Shown here: positions 52,402-61,644 of the stretch, piece by piece
Layout of the letters: each line of letters opens with the position of its first letter
Numbering within the stretch: position 1 is the stretch's first letter
IMG/VR virus record: IMGVR_UViG_3300045988_141143
DNA from: a virus
Direction: 5' to 3' (one strand)
DNA length: 64,000 nt
Notes under the pieces: model-generated
The model's input: only the letters and a program-made list of their open reading frames with translations
Database searches by the model: none
What the model was told of the DNA's origin: nothing
Translations under genes and position numbers: made by a program

Positions 52402-52683
52402 ATGATAACAATAAAAATCAAAACATGGAAGGACTGGAAGAAGGACTTCATCGATTGGGTAAAGGAGCCGCGGCGCAAGACGTGCAAGGAGTATGTGGAC
52501 TATATGGAGGCTTTACAAAAAAATACTCTCTACCAAATAATAGAGGACACTTGTGATAAATACAACAATATGCGTGAGGATCAAATCAAAGACATCACAG
52601 AAGCAGTAGAAAAATGCGTGGCTGCTTGTGCTGAAGAAGCTCGCAAGTTAATCGATGAAAGTCAGCCCGTAAAATTCTTCTAA
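52402..52683 (+). CDS. Hypothetical protein (93 aa)
   Basis: ORF with an ATG start. Confidence 0.45.
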   Translation: MITIKIKTWKDWKKDFIDWVKEPRRKTCKEYVDYMEALQKNTLYQIIEDTCDKYNNMREDQIKDITEAVEKCVAACAEEARKLIDESQPVKFF

Positions 52684-52724
52684 GACTGGAACTTTCATTA
52701 TAAGCAACAAAAACTCTACACAAC

Positions 52725-53333
52725 ATGAATAACAACATAAAAAGAAAGGACTGGGTAGGCGGCTCGGCTGCTGTATTCAAGACGTTGGGCGCGAGCAACC
52801 ATACGAATGCGGATAGACAGCGTGAGGATTACTATGCCACTGAGCCGAAGGCTACGGAATGGCTGTGCAAGCTGGAGAGGTTTGAGGGCAGGATTCTTGA
52901 GCCTTCGTGTGGCGAGGGCCACATGAGTAGAGTATTGGAGGCAGCAGGGTATGAGGTGGTGAGCCGCGATCTTGTGGATAGAGGGTACGGCGAAGTTGCC
53001 GACTTTCTCTCTATTGACAATATGGAGTGGGATGGCAATATCGTGACTAATCCACCCTACAAATACGCACAGGAATTTGTGGAGAAGGCTCTAAGCATCA
53101 TTCCCGAAGGAAAGAAGGTGGCGATGTTTCTAAAGCTGACTTTCCTCGAAGGCAAGGGTCGACGCGCTCTCTTCCGTTCTACTCCCCCCATTCGTGTTTG
53201 GGTAAGTTCATCACGACTGAAATGCGCCATGAATGGCGACTTCGAGGCTTACGGCAGCAGCGCCGCGGCTTACGCATGGTTCGTGTGGGAGAAAGGATAT
53301 AAAGGCGAGACAACTGTAAAATGGTTTAACTGA
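52725..53333 (+). CDS. Small N6-adenine DNA methyltransferase (NPPY type)
   Basis: AdoMet motif ILEPSCGEGHM followed by the catalytic IVTNPPY. Confidence 0.75.
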   Translation: MNNNIKRKDWVGGSAAVFKTLGASNHTNADRQREDYYATEPKATEWLCKLERFEGRILEPSCGEGHMSRVLEAAGYEVVSRDLVDRGYGEVADFLSIDNMEWDGNIVTNPPYKYAQEFVEKALSIIPEGKKVAMFLKLTFLEGKGRRALFRSTPPIRVWVSSSRLKCAMNGDFEAYGSSAAAYAWFVWEKGYKGETTVKWFN

Positions 53334-53372
53334 CGGAAAATAGAACAACTAACAACAACACAAAAACAACAC

Positions 53373-53603
53373 ATGAGTAACAACCGACACAAATACTTCA
53401 ACAAGGTACCGCCGTTCAAGCCGGACCCTGAACACTACACTCGCAAGCAACACTCTTGGAAAGCGAAGGAGGCCTACGAGACGGAAGATGATGCTTGGGA
53501 ATATCTCAATCAGAACCCGAAGCTGCGGGCGCAGGGCATGACGGCGTACCGATGCAGGACGTGCAACAAATGGCACATAGGACATAAGACGCACAGCGAA
53601 TAA
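53373..53603 (+). CDS. Small basic protein with C-x2-C...H-x3-H motif
   Basis: YRCRTCNKWHIGHKTH. Lies directly upstream of the large terminase. Confidence 0.4.
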   Translation: MSNNRHKYFNKVPPFKPDPEHYTRKQHSWKAKEAYETEDDAWEYLNQNPKLRAQGMTAYRCRTCNKWHIGHKTHSE

Positions 53604-53632
53604 GCTACACAACACAAAATCAGGATAACACA

Positions 53633-55627
53633 ATGCAGCAAGCACACAACATATACTTAACCAAATTCCAGCAGCAGTCACTATACATGGGAGCCAAGGA
53701 TGAGCGAGTGATTGCTGCCCGCCGTGTGGGTAAGACCGACGGACTTGTGGCTCCTTACGTCTGGACGGCAAGCAACTCCATGCCTGGTATGCTCGGCGCA
53801 TGGGTGGCTGTGTCACGTCAGCAGGGCTTCGGCAAGACCATACCGAGTACGATGGCGGCCATGGAACGTATGTTCGGATTTACGCAGGGCATTCACTTCG
53901 GTTGGGGTCGCCCACCGAAGCACGCTCGCGAGAGTATCTTCAAGCCTAAGAACTACGACAACTACATTTGGTTGGCCAATGGTGCGGGATGGGTTCTTAT
54001 CTCCCTCTCGCAGACCGCCTCTGCCAACTCCTACACGTTCTCTGCGATGGTGGGCGACGAGGCGAGATTCTTTCCCTATAAGAAAGTGACCGACGAGCTG
54101 ATGCCGGCGCTTTCAGGACAGACGCACCCCTTGGGCGACATCAACTTCTCTGACCACAACCCGATGTATAAAAGTACGCGCTTTCTCTCGGATGCCTCGC
54201 TCACAGCCAAAGGTTCGTGGTTGGAGAAGGAGGAGGAGAAGTTGGATATGACGGTGGAGACGGGTCCATTCAAGGGCAAGACCTACCGATGGGTACAGGA
54301 GCAGCTGGAGGATTATGCCGACAAGGTGATACGCTACAACGACCTGTTGTATAACGCCAAGAAGACCGGTCACGGGGTGCATGTGGTGCCGAAGGAACTG
54401 CGCACGATGATACGCGCCGTGGCGCTGAAGATGATGAAACATGAGGGGCAGTTCCGCATCATGCCCAACCATGGCCAACACGTCACGAAGGGCATGGTGG
54501 AGATGGCTGTCAACTACAAACTCATTCCGCAGGAGGATGCCGAACTGATTTACGATTACGAATACCTTATCACGCCGGAAGAGGATTTCGAGATGCAGAT
54601 GTTTCTGCGGTCGAAGAAATTCTCTGAAAACTATCTGCGTGAGCTGCGCCGTGTGGCTTTCTGCGTGCGCCGTGCGTCATCGCTCGACAATGTGGATATT
54701 CTGGGTGAAGACTATATTCGCCAGATGAAACGAGATTTGCCTCCGATGACCTTCGCTATTTCAATCCTCAACATCAAAGTAAAGAAGTCAAACGACGGAT
54801 TTTACTCCAACCTCGACATCGATCATGTTCACGGATATATCCCCGACGAGATAGACCCCTTATCGTCTGCCAAATTTTCCACGCAAAAGGTATCGGGCAT
54901 CATCGGTGGCAAGAAAGTCACGAGCGAGAGTTATCAGCCCGACTTCAAGGAGTTGGGCGAGCGCAACGACTCGCGCCAGGACTCCGACTGCATCAACTCC
55001 CTTCCTTTATATATAGCCCTCGATTACAATGCCAATATCAATACGTTGGTGGTCGGGCAGATGTACGAGCGCGACGGCATGGAATGTCTGAACGTCATCA
55101 AGAGTTTCTATGTAAAGAACGAGCGCAAGTTGCGTGAAGTGATAGCCGATTTTTCCGACTATTACGCACCGAAGCGAGCCATCAACCGTGACGTGACGTA
55201 TTTCTATGATGCTACGGCAAAGCAGGGAGCATCCTATGCTTCGTCGGACGAGCGATTCTATATGACCGTGATTGCTGAATTGGAGAAGCACGGCTGGAAC
55301 GTGACGGCCATTGATATGGGCGCACCAGAGAAGCACGAGGTGAAGCACAAGATTATCAACGACGGACTGGCTCACCTCTCCTACCCTGCCATCCGCATTA
55401 ACCAGGTGAACAATCCCGACCTTATCATCGCCATGCAGCTGTGTGAGGTGCAGATTTCGTACAAGGGATTCCACAAAGACAAGAGTCAGGAGAAGAAGCC
55501 CGAAAGCGAGGACACGCTGCCCCTGCAGCAACGTACCGACTTCACGGATGCCTTCGATACGCTGTACTTAGGTTGCAAGTTCTTCCGTGTCGGTGGCGGT
55601 TGGTTTGTGCTGCCGAGTGGAAGATAG
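53633..55627 (+). CDS. terL: Terminase large subunit
   Basis: Walker A IAARRVGKT, Walker B FSAMVGDEARF, and a C-terminal nuclease-like Asp-containing region (YIALDYNANINT). Size 664 aa. Confidence 0.75.
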   Translation: MQQAHNIYLTKFQQQSLYMGAKDERVIAARRVGKTDGLVAPYVWTASNSMPGMLGAWVAVSRQQGFGKTIPSTMAAMERMFGFTQGIHFGWGRPPKHARESIFKPKNYDNYIWLANGAGWVLISLSQTASANSYTFSAMVGDEARFFPYKKVTDELMPALSGQTHPLGDINFSDHNPMYKSTRFLSDASLTAKGSWLEKEEEKLDMTVETGPFKGKTYRWVQEQLEDYADKVIRYNDLLYNAKKTGHGVHVVPKELRTMIRAVALKMMKHEGQFRIMPNHGQHVTKGMVEMAVNYKLIPQEDAELIYDYEYLITPEEDFEMQMFLRSKKFSENYLRELRRVAFCVRRASSLDNVDILGEDYIRQMKRDLPPMTFAISILNIKVKKSNDGFYSNLDIDHVHGYIPDEIDPLSSAKFSTQKVSGIIGGKKVTSESYQPDFKELGERNDSRQDSDCINSLPLYIALDYNANINTLVVGQMYERDGMECLNVIKSFYVKNERKLREVIADFSDYYAPKRAINRDVTYFYDATAKQGASYASSDERFYMTVIAELEKHGWNVTAIDMGAPEKHEVKHKIINDGLAHLSYPAIRINQVNNPDLIIAMQLCEVQISYKGFHKDKSQEKKPESEDTLPLQQRTDFTDAFDTLYLGCKFFRVGGGWFVLPSGR

Positions 55628-55663
55628 GGGATTTTTTGAGTTTTGATATTAGAATAGAAAGGC

Positions 55664-55701
55664 GAAGGGCAGACGTTATCACAACGGCTGCCCTTCTTTT
55701 T
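55664..55701 (+). terminator. Rho-independent terminator after the terminase gene
   Basis: GAAGGGCAG-N15-CTGCCCTTC followed by TTTTT. Confidence 0.7.
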
Positions 55702-55750
55702 GTAAAATAATGAATAAATGTGCAATCTTTTGATATGATATGATTAGATA

Positions 55751-56395
55751 TTACTTATTTCTTTGTTTACCATGACGATATTTGTGCGTCTTAAAAAGAG
55801 GACGAGTAAGTCTTGCGGAGACTGAGTAATAAGACGGAGTATTGAATACCTCTGCTTTAAATCTTACCGTATAGCCCACCTTCTTTATATAACCGTTGAT
55901 GTGCTTCACATCCTCCATCGTGAGGGTAGCCATTTTGTATGTCTCCCGTAGACGCAAAGACGCATGCCTGCCAATAAGATTACAGAAACCCATCGAATAG
56001 TCACTATATGGTATCGACAAAGTATCGTCTGCCACATAGAGAGTATCAATGTTATTCGACTCGTGTACCAAAAAAGCGTAACACATGACCGTCTTCCCTT
56101 TCTCACAGGGACTTTTCAAAATGGCAATAATATACGTCCCAGGATGTTCGGAATCTAAAAACTTGTAATATATGCCGTTAGCAGCATCATAACGGTCGCG
56201 ATCTCCGAGGGCAGCACTCCCCATACTAAACTCTATATGCTTGTTCCTCTCAACACCACTGCCCTTTGCGGACAACTGACTTATGCGCTGTTCCAGCTCT
56301 TTAATGCTCTTAGCGTGCTCGTCGAGCGTATCTATTACAGACCCCATATTGTCCATCAATGCCTGCAATAGTTTTTCTTTTAATTGTTTACACAT
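55751..56395 (-). CDS. Hypothetical protein (214 aa) with N-terminal coiled coil
   Basis: ORF with an ATG start. Confidence 0.45.
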   Translation of the reverse strand: MCKQLKEKLLQALMDNMGSVIDTLDEHAKSIKELEQRISQLSAKGSGVERNKHIEFSMGSAALGDRDRYDAANGIYYKFLDSEHPGTYIIAILKSPCEKGKTVMCYAFLVHESNNIDTLYVADDTLSIPYSDYSMGFCNLIGRHASLRLRETYKMATLTMEDVKHINGYIKKVGYTVRFKAEVFNTPSYYSVSARLTRPLFKTHKYRHGKQRNK

Positions 56396-56470
56396 GTCTT
56401 TTATGTTTAAAATTCACTCTTTTTCTTCCTTCAGCATTACAAATTGCTTTGTGGGTGGGGATGGTTATCA

Positions 56471-57109
56471 TTACAAGAACACTGGCAGTCTGCGCCACAC
56501 GCCTCCGTTCGGCTGAAACTCCTCATGCCATTCCCGATATTCCACTTCAAACTTTGCACCATAATAAGCCAAACCTTTGAGAGGTAGGCTCTTGATATAT
56601 TTCTCCTGCTCCTCACGAGTCATAAAGTCGTTAGGCATGAGAATGATGCGATTGCTACGGACATGAATAAAGAACTCTATCGCAAAATTACTATTCGTCA
56701 GCATTCTCTTAATCGCGTCATAGTCCCACTTGCCTTTAGGCGAAAAGTTTATGCCATCCACATAAGGGTAAAAACGTTCGGGAAAGTTGTTTATATCCAC
56801 GTTGGCAAACATCCATCTACCAGAAGTGTAGATATAGAGCTGCTTGATGTTAGGATAATCATGGCGCAGGTGTGAGCATATATCTATGATACCAGTCACA
56901 TAGAATGGGTCTCCACCAGTAAGCATAACAGTATGTGCTGCCTTCAACTCCTCTACAGTTGCCACAGGCACCGTATCGAGGTCGTACTGCTTGTTGCAGT
57001 ACACGGGACAGGAGTTAGTACATGTACGGTTAATAATCAAGTGTATGGCTTCCTTATCGGAGCCCGGCTCGTCAGCATATTTACGTTTTGTTTCCATTAA
57101 CTTTTTCAT
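56471..57109 (-). CDS. Radical-SAM-like small protein with atypical Cys spacing
   Basis: INRTCTNSCPVYCNKQ (C-x3-C-x3-C) and VMLTGGDPFYV (GGE/D-P SAM-binding-like). ATG at 57109 is favoured over 57142. Confidence 0.5.
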   Translation of the reverse strand: MKKLMETKRKYADEPGSDKEAIHLIINRTCTNSCPVYCNKQYDLDTVPVATVEELKAAHTVMLTGGDPFYVTGIIDICSHLRHDYPNIKQLYIYTSGRWMFANVDINNFPERFYPYVDGINFSPKGKWDYDAIKRMLTNSNFAIEFFIHVRSNRIILMPNDFMTREEQEKYIKSLPLKGLAYYGAKFEVEYREWHEEFQPNGGVWRRLPVFL

Positions 57110-57259
57110 ATCTATATGTATTAGTTTTATTACTTCTAACAATATATAAGGCTTTTGCCCTTACAGGGCGCATTACCAATTGCCATTACACCCAGTGCGA
57201 TGCCCTGGGCTAAGAGCTTCTGCCCCCTTCAGGGCGTGCTGATTATATGACCTTTGCCT

Positions 57260-58291
57260 TCAGGGTGTGGTGACTCTGGAGCTGCCCGATGGGTTGTCAG
57301 ATACTTCTTGGCTCTTCTGCTGTTCCTTTACCGCACTGGACGCAGGCTTCTCATAAATATCGAACTTGCGTGTGGTTGGACACCAACTGATTCCGGCGGC
57401 GTGCAGCGCATTGTCTATTGTGATTTCAGTCGCAAGATCGGCTGGAATGATAGACAGAGGAACGCCACCTTGATAGAGGTGGTCGAGATAGATACACGGT
57501 CCAAAGTATATGCCGTTATTAAAACCAATAAAGGTCATGCTGTAATCTAAACCCCTAATGTCTTTGTTTTTCTTTACCATGGAATGCAGGTGGATGGTTC
57601 TGCTCTCCACATCGTAGCAGTTGAAGATAGCTGCATAAGAAGCCAGTCCGCAGCCAGGCCTTGCGTAGGTAAGCTCTACGTACTGACCAGTCTTGAATGC
57701 CGGAAGGAGCTTATAACCTTTACGACTGGAGAAAAGACGACCCGTAAACTTTTCTATTTTACGGTAAAGCTCTCGGGTGTCTTCTTCGTTGAGCTTGCTG
57801 TAGCTATTGACGGAAATCTTACACTTTTCGCCATCCGAGGTCTTGGGGCATTCCTCTATACTCTGAATTTCTGAATATCTGTCCTCAAATACTTCCACCA
57901 GCGGAGTAAAGGTGTTATAATCATCATTGTTTACCTTATCGACAATAAAGAATGGGCCGTCGTATTCGTAAGGACGTCTCACTACCGTGCCCTTGCGCCA
58001 TGTAAGCACGTCCCATTTCGCTTTACTTGGATTGGGATGTATCACGCAGTCGGAACCTAAAAGGTCTGAGATTTCGATGTTTCCTACCTTGAGTTTCAGA
58101 CAGCCCTCCTTATTGAACGTAAGGTAGGCGGTCTTTGGGTCGGCTTTTTTATCGGCGATGGCACAGAAAATCTCGTCATCCGTCACGTCTATCAACGTCA
58201 TCCAACCGCACAGGTCGCACCACACTTGCATTCCTACCCTGCCGTATTGAAACAGAACCTCCTTCACGTTCTCTAAATTTCTCTGGCTCAT
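57260..58291 (-). CDS. Hypothetical protein (343 aa)
   Basis: ATG at 58291 (MSQRNLENV...) is favoured over the track start at 58363. Confidence 0.45.
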   Translation of the reverse strand: MSQRNLENVKEVLFQYGRVGMQVWCDLCGWMTLIDVTDDEIFCAIADKKADPKTAYLTFNKEGCLKLKVGNIEISDLLGSDCVIHPNPSKAKWDVLTWRKGTVVRRPYEYDGPFFIVDKVNNDDYNTFTPLVEVFEDRYSEIQSIEECPKTSDGEKCKISVNSYSKLNEEDTRELYRKIEKFTGRLFSSRKGYKLLPAFKTGQYVELTYARPGCGLASYAAIFNCYDVESRTIHLHSMVKKNKDIRGLDYSMTFIGFNNGIYFGPCIYLDHLYQGGVPLSIIPADLATEITIDNALHAAGISWCPTTRKFDIYEKPASSAVKEQQKSQEVSDNPSGSSRVTTP

Positions 58292-58409
58292 AATATATAC
58301 ATTTAATAAATTGATTAAACATGCTGTTCTCTTTACTGGTCGCTGTCCGAACATCAACGCCAATCCACGAGCCGCTACATGGCGTTCATCTCATCCCACT
58401 TCTTCTTCA

Positions 58410-59048
58410 TCACTCATCGGCGGGAAAGCTGATCTTTGCATCTGCCAGTCTTTTCTTGCAGATCACACCAAGGCCTTCAATGACACCCAAACATGAGCTA
58501 CAATCCAAACAGTAAGCATAGCCAATCATGGCGCTAACGGTATTGTATGGGCATTTCTCCCCCTTTATCGCATAAAGGTGTTTGTCCTCCATAAAGGCGT
58601 GGATTTCTTTTTTTAACCCATTCAGTATTTTGTTCTCTCTTTCCAGCTCGTCGCAATGGTCGCGCATCTGCTGCATCTCAACAAGCGACTGCCTTGACTC
58701 GCGCTCCTCCTTACTGCCCAACTGGTGAGCGACATCGTTGTAATCATCCGTGAGCTTATGCACAAGCTGCTCAAGTTCTCCGTTCTTTCTTTCCAGCTCA
58801 TCACAATGGTCGCGCATCTTCATCATCTCGCCAAGCGTCTGCTTGGAAGAGTTTTCATCCTTGCGTGCCTCCAGTCCATGCTGTTGGCGCACGGCATCGT
58901 TGTAATCGTCCATGAGCTGATGCACACGTTGCGTCATCTCAATGTTCTCTGCCTTCAAGTCGGCTACGATATAGGAAAGAGCCAACATACGTTTGTTTTC
59001 TTCTGTTGTCATTGTTTCTTGGGTTTTATGTTTGTTATTCATATTCAT
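58410..59048 (-). CDS. Coiled-coil protein with an internal ~50-aa duplication and Cys-rich C-terminus
   Basis: VHQLMDDYNDAVRQQ...MRDHCDELERKNGEL repeats as VHKLTDDYNDVAHQL...MRDHCDELERENKIL. The C-terminus is CPYN...CLDCSSC. Confidence 0.5.
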   Translation of the reverse strand: MNMNNKHKTQETMTTEENKRMLALSYIVADLKAENIEMTQRVHQLMDDYNDAVRQQHGLEARKDENSSKQTLGEMMKMRDHCDELERKNGELEQLVHKLTDDYNDVAHQLGSKEERESRQSLVEMQQMRDHCDELERENKILNGLKKEIHAFMEDKHLYAIKGEKCPYNTVSAMIGYAYCLDCSSCLGVIEGLGVICKKRLADAKISFPADE

Positions 59049-59214
59049 ATACTATATGCGATGTGGTATTGCCCAGTCCGTCGCGAGGGTCGGTAATACC
59101 TATCCCGACCATTGTCGTCACGGCATTGGCTATCTGCTTGCGCGGTCGACTCTTTACGAGGCCCTTGCCGTCCTTGCCGCTGCGTACCCAACCGATGTAA
59201 TACTTGTCAATCAT
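59035..59214 (-). CDS. Mini-cistron h (59 aa), TRD-like with an IVYEYE* end
   Basis: Translated by hand: MIDKYYIGWVRSGKDGKGLVKSRPRKQIANAVTTMVGIGITDPRDGLGNTTSHIVYEYE*. Its ATG overlaps the upstream stop (ATGATTGA) and its end overlaps the next ATG. Confidence 0.35.
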   Translation of the reverse strand: MIDKYYIGWVRSGKDGKGLVKSRPRKQIANAVTTMVGIGITDPRDGLGNTTSHIVYEYE

Positions 59215-60019
59215 CGGTCTGTGGTATGGTCAGATACATTCGTTCATTAGCCTTGCACGACTCCCCTTGCATTCTACCTGCCTCTAACCCTGCTTTCTTT
59301 AGAGCTTCGTCACGCTCATGCTCCAGTTTTATGCAATATTCAGTCAGGCGATTATATTCTTTCTGCAAGGCGTTGAAATCCTCGCGCAGTTGCTCGGGAG
59401 TGTGAGTTTCTGAATCTAATGGCACAAGACGCTGCTTTCTCTTGTCCCATATTTTCCCGATTCTCTCCACGGCATTGTTGAGAAGTTTTTCTTCCGTAGG
59501 CGTGGCGTATCTCAGTTCGATGCTTACTTCTTCTGCGCATGTACCGAGAAGATCAAGATGGACGTTAGGAGTAAGTTCGTCGCTGTTTTTGCACAAGCAG
59601 GCGTATGTTCTTATCTTGGGATAAGAATCTATAAAATCCACTTCATTGAAAATCACAATGTAGGTCAGGATGTTGCCATCTTTATTTTTAATATCCATTG
59701 CCACGATGTCGCCGGGCTGGAAGTTGAGCACATTCCAATGCCGGTAAAGATGCGAGAGAAACAGCATACACTCTCCTTTTTCAAAGTTCGCTAAACGCCC
59801 ATTGCAACGAAAAAGAATGTAGTGTGCTTCATCCTCGTCAGGAATGGAGGGACCCACCAAAATACCCGAAGCGTTTGTTTCTTTCACATTCAGATAGCCA
59901 AACAAAGGTGAGTAAAGCGTGTCACCTTCAGTCAAGCCGTAGAGGAAGGCTGCCATTTTTTCAATCTCGAATAATTTAGCTTTTATCTCAGGGATGCTTC
60001 TTGTTGCTTTTTGTTTCAT
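59207..60019 (-). CDS. Hypothetical protein (270 aa)
   Basis: ORF with an ATG start. Preceded by the conserved 38-nt junction/uORF block. Confidence 0.45.
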   Translation of the reverse strand: MKQKATRSIPEIKAKLFEIEKMAAFLYGLTEGDTLYSPLFGYLNVKETNASGILVGPSIPDEDEAHYILFRCNGRLANFEKGECMLFLSHLYRHWNVLNFQPGDIVAMDIKNKDGNILTYIVIFNEVDFIDSYPKIRTYACLCKNSDELTPNVHLDLLGTCAEEVSIELRYATPTEEKLLNNAVERIGKIWDKRKQRLVPLDSETHTPEQLREDFNALQKEYNRLTEYCIKLEHERDEALKKAGLEAGRMQGESCKANERMYLTIPQTDD

Positions 60020-60072
60020 AATGTCTCTATTTTAAATTATCACTCATATTCTATCTTGTGATGTTATTCATA

Positions 60073-60363
60073 TTACCCTTTTTCTACTAATTCCCAGGTC
60101 TTTTCATCGTGAGAGGAATAGACGGTATAGGTAAGTTCACAACAGTTCTTGGCTGTCCTCACTTCATGCAACATTTCTCTCGTATAGAAGCAACGCTCCA
60201 TAAGGTACGCCAATGCCTTAAACTGGTCTTGAGTAAGAAAGACCTCCTGCTCGCCGCAAGTGATACCAACATTATCAGTAATGGTAGAATAGAAGAGCTT
60301 TACGTCCTCTTCCTTCCCTGTGTCCTCGTTCTTTACGATTATCTTTTCTGTATTGAAACTCAT
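60073..60363 (-). CDS. Hypothetical protein (96 aa)
   Basis: ORF with an ATG start. Confidence 0.4.
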   Translation of the reverse strand: MSFNTEKIIVKNEDTGKEEDVKLFYSTITDNVGITCGEQEVFLTQDQFKALAYLMERCFYTREMLHEVRTAKNCCELTYTVYSSHDEKTWELVEKG

Positions 60364-60503
60364 AATTTATTTCTCCTTTTATAATTCAACAAACACGCAA
60401 ATTCCACCACTTGCAGCGATCAGTGCGTTTACAAGCTTACTCCCATCCTCGCCATTCGAGCCGATGGCTAACGGGATGCACGGAAATGTAGATGTGGGTC
60501 ATG

Positions 60504-60965
60504 TTACTCTTGAAGATACTCGCCGTATAGTTTCCACTCCTTATCATGGATGTTGCCGACAACCTCAAAGCTCTTCATCTTCTCTTGCAAGAGATCATCT
60601 GGGATGCCGTCTTCAAGACCACCTACGTCAGAGTAGGGATTTTTTACCGTAACGATACCAAAGCAAGCTTTCTTCTCACAATAATACACTACGGCATAGT
60701 AGTCGTCGCAAGTATTGTATTCGATTCTGCTATACGGATATTCGTTCGATCGCAATACGTCGCCTTCATAAATCTCCTTGCCGTTCTTGTCGGTGAAGCC
60801 AGTGAACTGGCATACAGTAGAGGGGTCAACAGCAAACGTAAAAACAGGCCGTCCATCACTGACTGGATTATTTTTTACGAGAGTCTGGTCACCCACATGG
60901 GACAAATCGCCGTAATTCCACTTCCCGTCCTCTATACTCTTAGCCTTAAACTTAATTGTTCTCAT
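60504..60965 (-). CDS. YopX-family protein
   Basis: MRTIKFKAKSIEDGKWNYGD... and C-terminal FEVVGNIHDKEW match the YopX pattern (M-R-x-I-K-F-R-A-W ... V-I-G-N-I-H/Y-D/E-N). Confidence 0.65.
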   Translation of the reverse strand: MRTIKFKAKSIEDGKWNYGDLSHVGDQTLVKNNPVSDGRPVFTFAVDPSTVCQFTGFTDKNGKEIYEGDVLRSNEYPYSRIEYNTCDDYYAVVYYCEKKACFGIVTVKNPYSDVGGLEDGIPDDLLQEKMKSFEVVGNIHDKEWKLYGEYLQE

Positions 60966-60984
60966 AATTCTCTATTTTAAATTG

Positions 60985-61133
60985 TTACTCATATTCTATC
61001 AATACAATGGTGTGCTGTCCGTGCTCGTCGTAGAGTCCTGCCATCCGTCGTAGCGGGCGGACAATGCCGTGGAATACCCCCGACGAGGGCAAAGCTGGGA
61101 TGTGCGTAACACGAAAGGAATTTGGTTACACAT
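60985..61133 (-). CDS. Mini-cistron d (about 49 aa), TRD-like, frame-disrupted as assembled
   Basis: ATG inside the TATGTGTAA junction gives MCNQIPFVLRTSQLCPRRGYSTALSARYDGWQ. The continuation GLYDEHGQHTIVLIEYE* is in the -1 frame. Span is 149 nt (2 mod 3); the break is near 61035-61041. Confidence 0.35.
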
Positions 61134-61296
61134 AATCGGGATTGAAAAATATGCCATTTACACCTTCAATATCGATGGTGTTTCTGTTACAGTCAAAATC
61201 AGCATCACAAAACTCGTCGCCATTGACTGTTACTTCCAATTCGCCATGTTCTTTACGCAAAAGTTCAAGGCGGTTTATAAGTTCGCTTATATTCAT
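61126..61296 (-). CDS. Small ORF (56 aa), not TRD-like
   Basis: Translated by hand: MNISELINRLELLRKEHGELEVTVNGDEFCDADFDCNRNTIDIEGVNGIFFNPDYV*. Below the ORF-track length cut-off. Confidence 0.35.
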   Translation of the reverse strand: MNISELINRLELLRKEHGELEVTVNGDEFCDADFDCNRNTIDIEGVNGIFFNPDYV

Positions 61297-61306
61297 ATTA
61301 TTTTCT

Positions 61307-61480
61307 TTACAAATATTCTATCAATGCCATATTATCCTTGCCTACTGACGTAAGGGTGTTGGTTGTACTTCCCCCGTTTATCTCCATTCGCTGACAGAAG
61401 CGTCCGTTGGAGGGATGCTTGCGGTCGGACGGATTGTCGGGGTCACGGCCTCGGAAGGCTGCTATGCGAAAGTGTAGCAT
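61307..61480 (-). CDS. Mini-cistron c (57 aa), RGR-type TRD-like
   Basis: MLHFRIAAFRGRDPDNPSDRKHPSNGRFCQRMEINGGSTTNTLTSVGKDNMALIEYL*. This is part of ORF track 61307..61564. Confidence 0.45.
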   Translation of the reverse strand: MLHFRIAAFRGRDPDNPSDRKHPSNGRFCQRMEINGGSTTNTLTSVGKDNMALIEYL

Positions 61481-61644
61481 AGGAGGTTGTCTTTTGTTAC
61501 TGTTGTTATCGAATTGCTCCACGCCCACGGACTTGGGCGGTGATACTTGTCGCTGTATTTGCACCCTCCCCGGTCGCCATGTTCACGACGGAAGGTTTTG
61601 GCTTCCTCGGTGCGGTAGTGGACGAGGACGGAACGATTAATCAT
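61462..61644 (-). CDS. Mini-cistron A (60 aa), RTEEAK-type TRD-like
   Basis: MINRSVLVHYRTEEAKTFRREHGDRGGCKYSDKYHRPSPWAWSNSITTVTKDNLLCYTFA*. Confidence 0.45.
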   Translation of the reverse strand: MINRSVLVHYRTEEAKTFRREHGDRGGCKYSDKYHRPSPWAWSNSITTVTKDNLLCYTFA

